The notes beneath the pieces were generated by a model. That model was not told where the DNA came from and did no database searches. It saw only the letters and a list, made by a program, of their open reading frames with translations. A DNA stretch of 64,000 nucleotides from Candidatus Hydrogenedentota bacterium (GTDB taxonomy: Bacteria; Hydrogenedentota; Hydrogenedentia; Hydrogenedentales; SLHB01): positions 64,001-128,000 of the forward strand of contig BTWA01000001.1 in NCBI GenBank assembly GCA_045863295.1, written 5' to 3'. Below are positions 1-10,736 of the stretch, piece by piece (position 1 is the stretch's first letter; each line of letters opens with the position of its first letter). The translations under genes and the position numbers were made by a program.

Positions 1-1
1 T

Positions 2-436
2 CAAAAGCTGAAAGATGAATTGGAAGCCTGCCAGAAGCGCAAGATGGAAGTGGCCGCCATCATTGAGCATGCGCGCAGCTTTGGCGACTTGCGCGAAAAT
101 GCGGATTACCATGCCGCCAAAGAAGAGCAGGCCATGTTGCACGCTCGAATTCGTGACATTGGAGACAAGATTGCGCGGTCCGTTGTCATCGAACACGACA
201 AAATTGACGGCAACAAAGCCCTTATAGGCGCCACGGTAAAGGTGCGCAACAAGAAGACCAATAAAGACACGGTTTTTATTCTGGTCAGTCCAGTGGAGGC
301 CGACGCAACGACCGGGAAAATCTCGGTACGGTCACCCGTGGGTGAGGCACTCCTTGGGAAAGAAGTTGGCGAAGTGGCCGTGGCCAAGGTCCCGGCCGGC
401 AACCTTGAATTCGAGATTTTGGAAATCAGCCGCTGA
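2..436 (+). CDS. greA: Transcription elongation factor GreA (5' end outside window)
   Basis: Frame is open from base 2 (QKLKDELEAC...). Motifs ARSFGDLRENADYHAAKEEQ and ISVRSPVGEALLGK. Confidence 0.95.
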   Translation, partial: QKLKDELEACQKRKMEVAAIIEHARSFGDLRENADYHAAKEEQAMLHARIRDIGDKIARSVVIEHDKIDGNKALIGATVKVRNKKTNKDTVFILVSPVEADATTGKISVRSPVGEALLGKEVGEVAVAKVPAGNLEFEILEISR

Positions 437-536
437 CCGGCGCTGTCTCGCCGTTCAATCGATTGATTGGTGTTCACTCGTAGGGGTGAGGTGTATCCAG
501 ACGGGCACAGGCACGTCAAAGGTGTAAAGCAGATCC

Positions 537-3500
537 ATGCCGAAACGGACAGACATTCAGAAAATTTTCATCATCGGGTCGGGGCCCATTGTTATAGGTC
601 AGGCTTGCGAGTTTGACTATTCCGGAACCCAGGCGTGTAAAGCGCTTCGCGAGGAAGGCTACGAAGTCATCCTGGCCAACAGCAATCCCGCCACGATTAT
701 GACCGATCCGGAAACGGCGGACCGCACGTATATTGAACCGCTCACTGTCGACACTTTGGAGCGAATCATTGAGCGCGAACGCCCCGATGCCGTGCTTCCC
801 ACCGTGGGCGGCCAGACCGGCCTGAATCTGGCGGTCGCGCTCGCGGAACGGGGCATCCTGGAAAAATACGGCTGCGAACTGATCGGGGCCAAGCTCGATG
901 CCATCAAGCGTGCGGAGGACCGGGGTCTCTTCCGGGACACGATGCTGGCCTGCGGACTTGATTTGCCGGAAAGCCTTGTCGTTCATACCCTTGAGGAAGC
1001 GCGCGAATTCGGCGCAAAGCTCAATTATAAGGCGATTATTCGGCCCGCCTTCACCTTGGGAGGAAGCGGCGCCGGCGTTTCATTCAACAAAGACGAGTTT
1101 GAAGACGTTGTCAAGTGGGGCCTCGAATGCAGTCCGGTCACCGAGGTGCTTGTTGAAGAGAGCGTGCTCGGGTGGAAAGAGTACGAATTGGAGGTCATGC
1201 GCGATCTCAACGATAACGTCGTGATCATCTGTTCGATTGAAAACTTTGATCCCATGGGCGTGCATACCGGCGACAGCATCACCGTTGCCCCAGCCCAGAC
1301 CTTGACGGACAAGGAATACCAGGTCATGCGCGATGCGGCCATCACCGTGATTCGCGCGATCGGTGTTGAAACCGGGGGGTCCAATATTCAGTTTGCGGTG
1401 AACCCCGCGGACGGCCGCCTGGTTGTCATCGAAATGAATCCGCGCGTGTCGCGCAGCTCGGCGTTGGCATCGAAGGCCACTGGTTTCCCGATTGCCAAGA
1501 TTGCCGCCAAGCTTGCTGTTGGGTACACGCTCGACGAGATACCCAACGATATTACCCGCGAGACCCCCGCCTCTTTCGAACCCACCATTGACTACGTGGT
1601 GACGAAGATTCCGCGTTGGGCCTTCGAGAAGTTTCCTGGATCCAAACCCGAATTGACCGTGCAGATGAAGAGTGTCGGCGAGGCCATGAGTATTGGCCGC
1701 ACTTTTAAGGAATCACTTCAAAAGGGGTTGCGTTCGCTCGAAATAGGCCGGTTTGGCCTCGGTGCGGACGGCAAAGACAAGCCGTTGACGGAGGGTTCTG
1801 TCGCGGAAGAAAAAGAGGCGCTGCTGCGATACGTGCGAGTGCCGCGCCCCGATCGCATGCTGCGGCTCGCGCAGGCAATCCGGGCTGGCGCTACTGTGGA
1901 GGAGTTGCACGCCAACACCGCGATTGATCCCTGGTTTCTTCGCCACTTGAAAGAAATTGTCGAGGAAGAATCCATTCTCCGCGCGACGAACCCAGCCGAT
2001 TCAGCCGCCATGCGGCGCGCCAAGGAAATGGGTTTTTCCGACGTGCAGCTTGCGCATCTCTGGAGCACCACACCCGCGGCCGTGCGCGAGGCGCGTAAAA
2101 GCCAGGGCATCGTTCCCAATTATAAGCTAGTGGATACCTGCGCGGCGGAATTCGAGGCGTATACGCCCTACTACTATTCGGCCTACGGTGACGACGATGA
2201 AGTGCGGCCGCAATCCCGCGACAGCATCATGATTATCGGTGGCGGCCCCAACCGCATCGGGCAAGGCATCGAATTCGATTATTGCTGCTGCCATGCGGCG
2301 TTCGCCCTCAAAGAGGACGGCTACGAGACCATTATGGTCAACAGCAATCCCGAAACCGTCTCCACCGATTACGACACGTCGGACCGGCTTTACTTCGAAC
2401 CGGTGACCTTCGAAGACGTGCTGAACATCGTCGAGCGCGAAAAGCCCAAGGGCGTCATTGTGCAGTTTGGCGGTCAGACTCCACTGAACCTTGCCATGTC
2501 CCTGTGGAACGCGGGTGTGCCCATCATTGGAACCAGCCCCAAGAGCATTGCGTGTGCGGAAGATCGCAAGGAATTTCGCGAGGTGGTGCAGAAGTTGGGG
2601 CTTGTGCAACCGTCCAATGACACGGCAACAAGTCTCGAAGAAGCGCGTGCCGTTGCGGATTCGATCGGCTATCCTGTGGTGGTGCGGCCGTCGTTCGTAC
2701 TCGGCGGCCGCGCGATGGAAATCGTGTACAACCAGTCCTCGCTGGATCGGTATATGACCCATGCCGTCGAGGCGTCGCCTGAACATCCCGTGCTTATCGA
2801 CAAGTTTCTGGAGAGCGCGATCGAAATCGATGTCGATGCGCTTGGCGACGGCGTTGACGTCGTTGTGGCCGGAATCATGCAGCATATTGAAGAGGCCGGT
2901 GTGCATTCCGGCGACAGCGCGTGCATCTTGCCTCCCTACGACCTTGATCCCGGTATCATCGAGCGCATCAAGGAGCAGACTCGGGCCCTGGCGCGCGAAC
3001 TCAAAGTGATTGGCCTGATGAATGTGCAGTTCGCCGTCGTTGACGAGACCATTTATATCTTGGAAGTCAACCCTCGGGCCTCGCGTACCGTGCCGTTTGT
3101 GAGCAAAGCCACCGGCATTCCGTTGGCAAAGATAGCCGCGCGTGTGATGGCGGGGAAAACCCTTCGTGAGTTGGGTCTCTTCACCGATCCGGAACCGGCG
3201 TACGTGAGCGCCAAGGAAGTCGTGCTGCCGTTCATCAAGTTTCCGGGCGTCGACATACTGCTCGGGCCGGAAATGCGCAGCACAGGTGAAGTCATGGGCA
3301 TTGATCGATCCATGGGGCTCGCTTTTGCCAAGAGTCAGATCGCGGCGGGCAATCAGGTACCCATGGAAGGCACCGTATTCCTCAGTTTGAACGACCGCGA
3401 CAAAGCCAAAATGGATGACCTTGGGAAGCAACTGATCGAGTTGGGATTTCGAATCGTGGCTACGCAAGGCACCGCGGATTGTCTGAAGGCGCAGGGCCTT

Positions 3501-3788
3501 CCCGTCGATACCGTGTATAAAGTCGGCGAGGCCCGGCCCAACGTCGTCGACCTGATGATTAACGGCGAAATCGATTGGATAATTAATACGCCCTTGGGCG
3601 TGGCGTCAAAATACGACGAACAGGCCATACGCAGGAACGCACTCGAACGCGGACTCCCTACCATGACCACGCTGGCCGCCGCACGCGCCTCCGTGAAAGC
3701 CATCCGGGAACTTCGCGCCGGCAAGACAGAAGTGCGGTCTTTGCAGGAATACCACACCGAAGTGGCGGGTCTAGCCTCTGCCGGATAG
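537..3788 (+). CDS. carB: Carbamoyl-phosphate synthase large subunit
   Basis: [25 protein letters not shown] start, duplicated ATP-grasp halves, C-terminal MGS domain; 1083 aa. Confidence 0.99.
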   Translation: MPKRTDIQKIFIIGSGPIVIGQACEFDYSGTQACKALREEGYEVILANSNPATIMTDPETADRTYIEPLTVDTLERIIERERPDAVLPTVGGQTGLNLAVALAERGILEKYGCELIGAKLDAIKRAEDRGLFRDTMLACGLDLPESLVVHTLEEAREFGAKLNYKAIIRPAFTLGGSGAGVSFNKDEFEDVVKWGLECSPVTEVLVEESVLGWKEYELEVMRDLNDNVVIICSIENFDPMGVHTGDSITVAPAQTLTDKEYQVMRDAAITVIRAIGVETGGSNIQFAVNPADGRLVVIEMNPRVSRSSALASKATGFPIAKIAAKLAVGYTLDEIPNDITRETPASFEPTIDYVVTKIPRWAFEKFPGSKPELTVQMKSVGEAMSIGRTFKESLQKGLRSLEIGRFGLGADGKDKPLTEGSVAEEKEALLRYVRVPRPDRMLRLAQAIRAGATVEELHANTAIDPWFLRHLKEIVEEESILRATNPADSAAMRRAKEMGFSDVQLAHLWSTTPAAVREARKSQGIVPNYKLVDTCAAEFEAYTPYYYSAYGDDDEVRPQSRDSIMIIGGGPNRIGQGIEFDYCCCHAAFALKEDGYETIMVNSNPETVSTDYDTSDRLYFEPVTFEDVLNIVEREKPKGVIVQFGGQTPLNLAMSLWNAGVPIIGTSPKSIACAEDRKEFREVVQKLGLVQPSNDTATSLEEARAVADSIGYPVVVRPSFVLGGRAMEIVYNQSSLDRYMTHAVEASPEHPVLIDKFLESAIEIDVDALGDGVDVVVAGIMQHIEEAGVHSGDSACILPPYDLDPGIIERIKEQTRALARELKVIGLMNVQFAVVDETIYILEVNPRASRTVPFVSKATGIPLAKIAARVMAGKTLRELGLFTDPEPAYVSAKEVVLPFIKFPGVDILLGPEMRSTGEVMGIDRSMGLAFAKSQIAAGNQVPMEGTVFLSLNDRDKAKMDDLGKQLIELGFRIVATQGTADCLKAQGLPVDTVYKVGEARPNVVDLMINGEIDWIINTPLGVASKYDEQAIRRNALERGLPTMTTLAAARASVKAIRELRAGKTEVRSLQEYHTEVAGLASAG

Positions 3789-3816
3789 GCAACGCGACGT
3801 CGAGAGGAGTTCACAC

Positions 3817-4665
3817 GTGGACCCATCCCAGGGTTGCCTGTACGTCGTGGCAACGCCCATAGGCAACCTCGAAGATGTGACGCATCGCGCGTTGCGCGTA
3901 CTCCGCGAGGCGGATCTGATTGCCGCTGAAGACACGCGCCACACCCGCAAGCTTCTGAATCACTACGAAATCGGGACACCGGTAACCAGTTACCACGACC
4001 ACAACGAAGCCACCAAAGCGGAAAGCCTGGTGATGGATATTCAGTCCGGCAAGCGGATTGCGCTGGTGACCGACGCGGGCACGCCTTGCATATCCGATCC
4101 GGGGTACCGGCTGGTCCGGCTATGCCATGAAGAACGCCTACCGGTAGTGGCAGTGCCGGGGCCTTGCGCGGCCGTGGCCGCACTGTCCATTGCGGGCCTG
4201 CCGGCGAGCACGTTCACGTTTCACGGTTTCTTTCCACGCAAAGCGTCCGATGCCTCAGCGCTGCTCACCGCAATTGCGGCTGTTCCAGGTACCCACGTCT
4301 TCTACGAGGCTCCGAACCGCCTGGCCGCGACGTTACACGAGGTGGCGGCCCGTTGGCCCGATACGGATGTCTATGTGGCGCGGGAATTGACGAAGCTGCA
4401 CGAAGAACTGATGCGCGGTCCCGCCCTCGAAATAGCGCGGCGGTGCAGGGAAAGCGAAGTCCGCGGAGAGTGTGTCGTGATCGTGGCCGTACCTCCGCCG
4501 CCGGCCCAAGCGGTTCCCGACGAAGCGGGTCTTCGCGCGGAGGTCGAGTGGGTTATGACCACCCGCGCCGTTTCGCGCCGTGACGCCGTGCGAGAGATAG
4601 CCGGCAAGTACGGCATTGCGCGCAAGGCGGTCTACGCCGCCGCCGTGCTAGAATCGGATTCATGA
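3817..4665 (+). CDS. rsmI: 16S rRNA (cytidine1402-2'-O)-methyltransferase
   Basis: LYVVATPIGNLED, AAEDTR, DAGTPCISDPG, ARELTKLHEE motifs. Confidence 0.96.
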   Translation: MDPSQGCLYVVATPIGNLEDVTHRALRVLREADLIAAEDTRHTRKLLNHYEIGTPVTSYHDHNEATKAESLVMDIQSGKRIALVTDAGTPCISDPGYRLVRLCHEERLPVVAVPGPCAAVAALSIAGLPASTFTFHGFFPRKASDASALLTAIAAVPGTHVFYEAPNRLAATLHEVAARWPDTDVYVARELTKLHEELMRGPALEIARRCRESEVRGECVVIVAVPPPPAQAVPDEAGLRAEVEWVMTTRAVSRRDAVREIAGKYGIARKAVYAAAVLESDS

Positions 4666-5903
4666 GGCCATCCCGCGCTTTTCCCGAACTTCCCCTGGCC
4701 GTGGAGCGTTCCGCTCTTGCGGTTCGCTATGGGCTGCTCGCGGTCATACTGCCATTCTTCCTTTTGGATTTTTTTCCCGGCAATCATTGGAGCATTGCGG
4801 TCATCTCTTTGATGGTGCTTGCGCATAATGCGTTTGTTCATTTTGCACTTTCGCGGCGCCGCCACGATCTTTTCTTTTCCACCTTTAATTTGATTCTCTA
4901 TGTGGCCGAAGTCACATTGGTTGTGCAATTCTCCGGCCGTGATTCCAGCGACGCTTACCTCCTCTATTTCTTTCTCATCATTGGCTTCAGCGTTTATGTC
5001 CGATCGTACAAATGGATCTTGGGGCTGGCCGTACTCTGTGCCGGGCTATACACGGCAATCCTTCTCATTGAAGCTTGGCGCATCGGACTCTCCGAGGATT
5101 CAGCGAACCTCGTTGTGCGTATTCTGATGCTGCTCGCGTTTGGATGGCTGACCGCGCAATTACGTTCGCGGATCCGCACGGTCGAAGACAATGTCGAAGA
5201 GCAGCAGGCCCGGCTAGTGGCATCGGAGACTACGCTACGCACCATCCTGAACAGCGCAGGCGATCCCATTCTTGTGTTTGATGATTTTGAATTCATTACT
5301 GAGGTGAACGATCGAACCTGCGAATTTCTTGGCGCCTCCCGCGATGAGATAATCGGCAAACGAGTCCGGCAATTCCTGTTCGACGACGGTACGCTGCCGC
5401 AAAAGCTGGCCGATTTGCGCAGTCGAGGTGAAGGAAAAAGTGAAGAGATCATCGTAAATGCGGAGGGCGAGGAACGCACCGTCGAATCCGTCGTACGGTC
5501 TTTCATGCTGGACGACCAACGCTATTTTGTGTCCCTGCTGCGCGACGTAACGCGCGACAAGCAGTTGCAGGAAGCCACCCGCCTTGCCAACATGAATCTG
5601 GAACGGCTCAATCGCGAGTTGCGACAGGTGGACGAGCTAAAAACGCACTTCTTGATCAGTATGTCTCAACACCTGCGATCGCCCTTGGCGGCCGTTCTAG
5701 GCTATGTGGACATGTTGATGGAGGAAGAATTGGGCACAATCACGCACGAACAACGCAAAGCGCTGCAAACCTGCCGCCGCGCGCTCCAACGGGTGTTCAA
5801 ACTGATGGACGAGGCCCTCAGCGCGGGTCAGCTGGAAGGCCGGCGGTCCACGCCGGCTACGGCGCCCGCACGCAAGTCCGGAACCGGCTCGCCTGGGGAA
5901 TGA
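4662..5903 (+). CDS. Membrane protein with PAS domain and degenerate HisKA domain, no HATPase domain
   Basis: About 5-6 hydrophobic N-terminal helices, PAS-like segment (TILNSAGDPILVFD...RDVT), H-box-like SQHLRSPL, then the protein ends. Confidence 0.8.
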   Translation: MRPSRAFPELPLAVERSALAVRYGLLAVILPFFLLDFFPGNHWSIAVISLMVLAHNAFVHFALSRRRHDLFFSTFNLILYVAEVTLVVQFSGRDSSDAYLLYFFLIIGFSVYVRSYKWILGLAVLCAGLYTAILLIEAWRIGLSEDSANLVVRILMLLAFGWLTAQLRSRIRTVEDNVEEQQARLVASETTLRTILNSAGDPILVFDDFEFITEVNDRTCEFLGASRDEIIGKRVRQFLFDDGTLPQKLADLRSRGEGKSEEIIVNAEGEERTVESVVRSFMLDDQRYFVSLLRDVTRDKQLQEATRLANMNLERLNRELRQVDELKTHFLISMSQHLRSPLAAVLGYVDMLMEEELGTITHEQRKALQTCRRALQRVFKLMDEALSAGQLEGRRSTPATAPARKSGTGSPGE

Positions 5904-6847
5904 CCGGACGCCATTCCTGACACCACTTCCCGATCACGCGCCGTCAGCCAGACAACGGTTTCTTCCAGCACCTGCATTGTCTGGTCCACATCGAGCCCAA
6001 TGTGGTCGGATTCGTAGAGTACGAACTCCTTCGGTTCACGCGCCGCATCGAACAATGCATGCGCTGCATCCAATGGGATCAGCCGATCATCCGTGCCATT
6101 CTGCACAAGGACAGGCCGGGGCGAAATCTCCGCCACATGCCGTATGGGGTCTGCCGGCGCAAGGTAACTTGCCGCGATCATCCGTACGATTCCATGCCAA
6201 GCGCCTAATTCCTCACGTGCAGAGACGCTGGACAGGAGCTTTCCAATATCTCCGCCGCCGTACGTGAGTACAGCCGCCTTGATGCGCGGTTCGAACGCGG
6301 CGGCTGTCGATCCGGTAATGGCTCCAAAACTCGCTCCGAGCATATAGATGCGGTTTGCGTCAATGTCGTCCCGCGTTTCCAGATAGTCGATCAGACGGCG
6401 CGTATCGATCACGTTCAGTGCCGCGCGCCGGCGAAGCCCCATGGCTTTTTGAAGCGTTGACGCATCCGACAATGCCCGTTCGCCCCGTGTATATTGATCG
6501 AAGCAAACCATGGCGAATCCGCCGCGCGTGAACGGTCCGGCAATATCGAGTAGCGCACCCTTTTTTTGACCAATCCCGTGCAGAAAAATGATGCAAGGAT
6601 AGGGCCCCTCACCGTCCTTAGGGACTGCCATCAGTGTTGGCACGTGCATGCCCGGCAGGCTGTCGTAGACGAAGTCGACAACGCGGTAGAGCGGTTCCAC
6701 CGTCTCCGACCGCACGCGCGCATTCAGCGGTAGCGAGGCGTCGTAGCCATCATAGTAAGCGGCATCTTGCTGCTTTTTGTAAATCATAATGGCAAAACAA
6801 ACCAAGATCAGGGCAATTGACAGGGCGGCGAGGATTTTCTTTTTCAT
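5828..6847 (-). CDS. Membrane-anchored/secreted alpha/beta hydrolase
   Basis: N-terminal MKKKILAALSIALILVCF, IFLHG, nucleophile elbow GASFG, NGTDD, C-terminal His. Start chosen at ATG 6847. Confidence 0.85.
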   Translation of the reverse strand: MKKKILAALSIALILVCFAIMIYKKQQDAAYYDGYDASLPLNARVRSETVEPLYRVVDFVYDSLPGMHVPTLMAVPKDGEGPYPCIIFLHGIGQKKGALLDIAGPFTRGGFAMVCFDQYTRGERALSDASTLQKAMGLRRRAALNVIDTRRLIDYLETRDDIDANRIYMLGASFGAITGSTAAAFEPRIKAAVLTYGGGDIGKLLSSVSAREELGAWHGIVRMIAASYLAPADPIRHVAEISPRPVLVQNGTDDRLIPLDAAHALFDAAREPKEFVLYESDHIGLDVDQTMQVLEETVVWLTARDREVVSGMASGHSPGEPVPDLRAGAVAGVDRRPSS

Positions 6848-6980
6848 GATTCGACAACGGCTCCAAAGCCCTCCATTGTCCACACCCGGCGGGCCTCATA
6901 CAACTGTGCGGTTCTGCCACAAATCCCGGCAGTGGCGGTACAATTCACCGTGGGATCTGCGGGCCGCCGGGAGGAACACA

Positions 6981-8321
6981 GTGCGGAATCACCCCAGCCG
7001 ACTTTTTGCATGGATGGTATTGCCTGGCCTTTTGGCATTGTGCGGCTGCGATCCGTTCCAGATTGCGCCAAGGCGGGCTTTTGCCTATTTGGAGTCAGCT
7101 CAAAACCCCGCCGATATCAAGATGCAGACGATAGGTTTTACGTCCGACTACGCCGGGGGTTGGCCTCAGTTCCTCTATTTCGATTTTGCCCCCGCCCTGC
7201 GTTACCGCGACGTGAGTCCCTTTACCGTGGCGTTCATTCACCACTCGCTCTCTCTCATTAACGAAGACACAGTCGAGGCGCTTGGCATGACGCAACATGA
7301 TGCATTTCGGGCGCGTCAGATGCGCCTTCAAGCACTGGCCTACATGGAACGCTTTGCCTCCCGTCCCGATGACCCCGGGGTAGGCACTTACGGATTCTGG
7401 CCTTATTCTGCAGACCCCAACGCGCCGGTGTCGGAGTTGGAACGAACGGCATTTCAGTGGCTGCAAGGGCCTGTCTTTCGCGGTTCCCGAACTCCGCCCA
7501 ATGTGGGCTTCTATCCGCGAGCGATGGCAATAGCGCCGGATGCCGACACCACCGCATGTATTCTCGCCGCCCGGCTCAATGGGTCCCTGATGGACGGTGG
7601 CACGTTGCCGCCAGACTCCAGTTGTCTGCACGTGCTGACGGATTGGCGTGATACCGGTCAGGTGATGCGCCGCCTTAACCCTTCATGGTTGCAGGATCAA
7701 AGCGGCTTGTTTCTCACTTGGCTCGACTACCGGTTCCCGGGCGATCCATTCGCCGAAAACGACGTTGATCTACTGGTGAACGCCAATGTCCTGTTTGCAA
7801 TGGCTCGCTTTGGACGGCTTGACCTTCCGGGCGTGAGCGACGCCGTATCCACCATCAATTCCATAGTCGAGCAGGGGCTTCACCGGACGGCGTTTCACAC
7901 GGTCAGCGAGTATTATCCTGACAATGTGGCCTTCGAGTACTGCGTGTCCAGGGCATACCATGAGGGTCCGGTGCCCGACCTGCAGGCCGCTGTTGAACGA
8001 ATGGCCGATGAACTGGTTGCCGAAGCGACCCTTCATCCGGACGGCACTACTTCCTGGGATCGCGGGGCGCCTGCGCTGAACACGGCTTTTGCCGTATTGA
8101 CTCTCATGAATGCAGGTAGGGACACGCCCGTCGTTGAACAGGGTCTGGCGTATTTGGTTAGGCAGCAAAGTCTGCACCATGGAAGTTGGTCGGAAGGGCC
8201 GTTTTTCAAGGGACAAACGACACGAGGCATCACTGTCTACTGGGTCTCGGAGGCTTTCACCACCGCCATCGCCCTGGAAGCCTTTTGCCGGTTTCGTCTC
8301 CACGAGGCTGGAATCGGATAG
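6981..8321 (+). CDS. Lipoprotein with class II terpene cyclase/prenyltransferase-like alpha-barrel (paralog 1)
   Basis: GTG start preceded by GGGAGGA; lipobox LCG|C; PDADTTA, NDVDLLVNANVL, YYP, QW-like YLVRQQSLHHGSW, FTTAIALEA. Confidence 0.7.
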   Translation: MRNHPSRLFAWMVLPGLLALCGCDPFQIAPRRAFAYLESAQNPADIKMQTIGFTSDYAGGWPQFLYFDFAPALRYRDVSPFTVAFIHHSLSLINEDTVEALGMTQHDAFRARQMRLQALAYMERFASRPDDPGVGTYGFWPYSADPNAPVSELERTAFQWLQGPVFRGSRTPPNVGFYPRAMAIAPDADTTACILAARLNGSLMDGGTLPPDSSCLHVLTDWRDTGQVMRRLNPSWLQDQSGLFLTWLDYRFPGDPFAENDVDLLVNANVLFAMARFGRLDLPGVSDAVSTINSIVEQGLHRTAFHTVSEYYPDNVAFEYCVSRAYHEGPVPDLQAAVERMADELVAEATLHPDGTTSWDRGAPALNTAFAVLTLMNAGRDTPVVEQGLAYLVRQQSLHHGSWSEGPFFKGQTTRGITVYWVSEAFTTAIALEAFCRFRLHEAGIG

Positions 8322-8360
8322 AATAGCCATTCATCGGGCAATGCTGTTTGAGGGGGCGAG

Positions 8361-9689
8361 GTGAACAAGATCCTGGGTTTGGCCGTTTTGGCACTCGTTA
8401 TTACTGGCTGCGATGCGTTCGATCGTGCGCCCGTTCGAGCATTTCAATACCTTGAAAACACGCAGGTGAAAACTGATATCAAACGAACCACTATTGGGTT
8501 GTATTCCGACTATGCCGGAGATTGGCCACAATATTTTTATTTCAATATTGCGCCCAATTTTCAGTTTCGCGACGTCAATCCTTTCACCGTTACGTTCATT
8601 CACCACGCACTCAGCCTAGTGAACAACAATACAGTCGCCGCGCTCGGCATGACGGACGAACACGCGTTTCAAGCACGCCAACTCCGGCGGCGAGCCATCG
8701 CGTTCATGGAACGGTTTGCGGCCCGGCCCGGCGATCCCGCCGCGGGCACCTATGGATTTTGGCCGTACGATCCGGAGCCGGACGGTCCCGTCACACCTGT
8801 TGAAATGCTCGCGGACGATCTCTTCACCAATCCCGTGCTCTTTTATGGGTACAGGATCCCCCCCAACACTGGATTCTTTCCCGAGAACATGGCCATCCCG
8901 AGCGACGCGGATACCACGGCCAACGTGCTGGCAGCGAAGCTACTTTCCTCACAAATCGACGGCGGTGTTGCCCCGCCTTCCATTGCCGACCTGCGGGTTT
9001 TTACCGATTGGCGGGACACCGGCGCGGTCACGCGGCGTTTGAATCCCTTTTGGCTGCCGCGTATGAGCGGTCTGTACTTAACCTGGCTCGACTACCGCGT
9101 GCCCGGGGATCCGTCCGCCGCCAACGACGTCGATCTTCTGGTCAATGCGAATGTCCTATACGTTATGGCACGACTGGGTCAGCCCAATGCCCCCGGTGTC
9201 GATGAGGCGGTGGGGATGATCAATTTTGTCGTGAACGACGGATTTCACCTTATCGCATTCCGTTCGCTGGTCAATTACTACCCACGCAACTACTGTTTCG
9301 AGTATTGCGTTTCCCGGGCATTTTACGAAGGGCCTTTACCCGCGTTGAAGCCCGCGGTCGATCGGATGGCGGATGACTTGGTGGCTGCGGCGCAGGTGAA
9401 TAGCGATGGAACCGCGTTCTGGGATCAGGGCAGTCCACATCTGAACACGGCTTTTGCCGTCTTGACGCTTCTGAATGCCGGCAAGGACACACCCCTCATC
9501 GAACAGGGTCTGATGTATCTTGCGCAAGAGCAAAAAGTCCTGGCCGGAAATTGGGACGAAGGTGAATTCTTTCTGGGTGAGCCCTACTACGGCGTCACGG
9601 GCTACTGGGTGTCGGAAGCATTCACCACGGCCATGGCACTCGAAGCTTTTTGCCGATTCCGGCTGCGCGAGGCAGGAATCATGCCGTAG
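8361..9689 (+). CDS. Lipoprotein with class II terpene cyclase/prenyltransferase-like alpha-barrel (paralog 2)
   Basis: Lipobox ITG|C; SDADTTA, NDVDLLVNANVL, YYP, YLAQEQKVLAGNW, FTTAMALEA; collinear with the upstream gene. Confidence 0.7.
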   Translation: MNKILGLAVLALVITGCDAFDRAPVRAFQYLENTQVKTDIKRTTIGLYSDYAGDWPQYFYFNIAPNFQFRDVNPFTVTFIHHALSLVNNNTVAALGMTDEHAFQARQLRRRAIAFMERFAARPGDPAAGTYGFWPYDPEPDGPVTPVEMLADDLFTNPVLFYGYRIPPNTGFFPENMAIPSDADTTANVLAAKLLSSQIDGGVAPPSIADLRVFTDWRDTGAVTRRLNPFWLPRMSGLYLTWLDYRVPGDPSAANDVDLLVNANVLYVMARLGQPNAPGVDEAVGMINFVVNDGFHLIAFRSLVNYYPRNYCFEYCVSRAFYEGPLPALKPAVDRMADDLVAAAQVNSDGTAFWDQGSPHLNTAFAVLTLLNAGKDTPLIEQGLMYLAQEQKVLAGNWDEGEFFLGEPYYGVTGYWVSEAFTTAMALEAFCRFRLREAGIMP

Positions 9690-10412
9690 TCAGGGTTTCG
9701 TGCCGTCCACCAGATAGGGAGCGAACAAATGTTCCATCTCCGCCAAATTGGCGTCGATCGACCATGGGAGGTGATACGCGAACATGTCGAGAATCACCAG
9801 CGCGTTCAGGTTGGCATCGCCGGCGGAAACCGTTCGGATCCGTTGGCTTAGTCCATGATTCACTTCATGGATTTGCCGATACAGTTCGCGCAATCCCGCG
9901 AGGTCCAACTCAGATGGGTCCCCGTGTTGGCGCCGGTAGTATTGCGCCAACAAGTAGGCCCCCGCCGCGCGAAACAGGGTCTCCTGCACCGACGCAAAAG
10001 GCAGATGAAACCTTGCCATGGGTTTGAAATTTGCAAGTATTGGACAGCCGCTCGTGGCCATTCGCAGGCCGATTAGAGAGCTTAATGCCCGCTGAAGGGT
10101 TGTCTTCGATGTGACCGTACGCTCCGCAGTGACGACCGTGGCGGTTACTTCCGTATACGAGAGCATTTCGCCAAATACATCCACGAGATCCACCAAGGAG
10201 ACGGCTGCCGGGCATTTTGGATGATCGGCCGTGTTTAGCGGGCACACCGAACATTGTTCCACACCCAAGGCGGTCCACTCCGGCAAGGGATTCCTGGGCG
10301 GCGGTGCGTCTTGTTCCAACGTTTGACCATCGAGGACGACGCGAACCGTAATCTCTCTGGATTCGGCTCCGTACGCGAAATGATAGGTAATATGGATTGC
10401 CCCTGCGTGCAT
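9690..10412 (-). CDS. Conserved hypothetical protein (DUF6901-like)
   Basis: LPEWTALGVEQCSVCPL..CPAA and SGCPIL..FKPMARFHLPFAS motifs; Cys cluster. Start set at ATG 10412. Confidence 0.7.
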   Translation of the reverse strand: MHAGAIHITYHFAYGAESREITVRVVLDGQTLEQDAPPPRNPLPEWTALGVEQCSVCPLNTADHPKCPAAVSLVDLVDVFGEMLSYTEVTATVVTAERTVTSKTTLQRALSSLIGLRMATSGCPILANFKPMARFHLPFASVQETLFRAAGAYLLAQYYRRQHGDPSELDLAGLRELYRQIHEVNHGLSQRIRTVSAGDANLNALVILDMFAYHLPWSIDANLAEMEHLFAPYLVDGTKP

Positions 10413-10649
10413 TGACACGGTCACGGTTCGTCCGGAATACAGCCCACCCACACTTCCGTTCGACTCGTTTGCCTTCCTTTCCCCACGTTGCAGCCAGAAA
10501 CACGTTGTCCCGAGATACCCGCATTGTACGCTATTCTCCGAGATGACAATCAATTTCGGTGCAGATTCGGAGTAGTGTCAAGCCATGGCGTCATTTGTTG
10601 AGTATTGTTTTAATTGATTTTACAATCCCGAAATATCAAAATAGACCGA

Positions 10650-10736
10650 CCACAACATATAGGTACACAAAAATGAATATTATCAACAGTTAGGCTCAAA
10701 TTGTGTAAAATAATGCAGCAACCCAATATTTTGTTG
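10650..10736. promoter_or_regulatory. Two to three NrdR-box-like sites upstream of ftsK
   Basis: CCACAACATATAGGTA (10650), TATCAACAGTTAGGCT (10681, weaker), ACCCAATATTTTGTTG (10721) versus consensus acaCwAtATaTwGtgt. Confidence 0.5.

Noticed and set aside
2127..3467. 446-aa minus-strand ORF, and similar shadows over alr, the radical SAM gene, the epimerase and the beta-helix gene
   Set aside because: Fully antisense to well-supported genes, with no recognisable domains.
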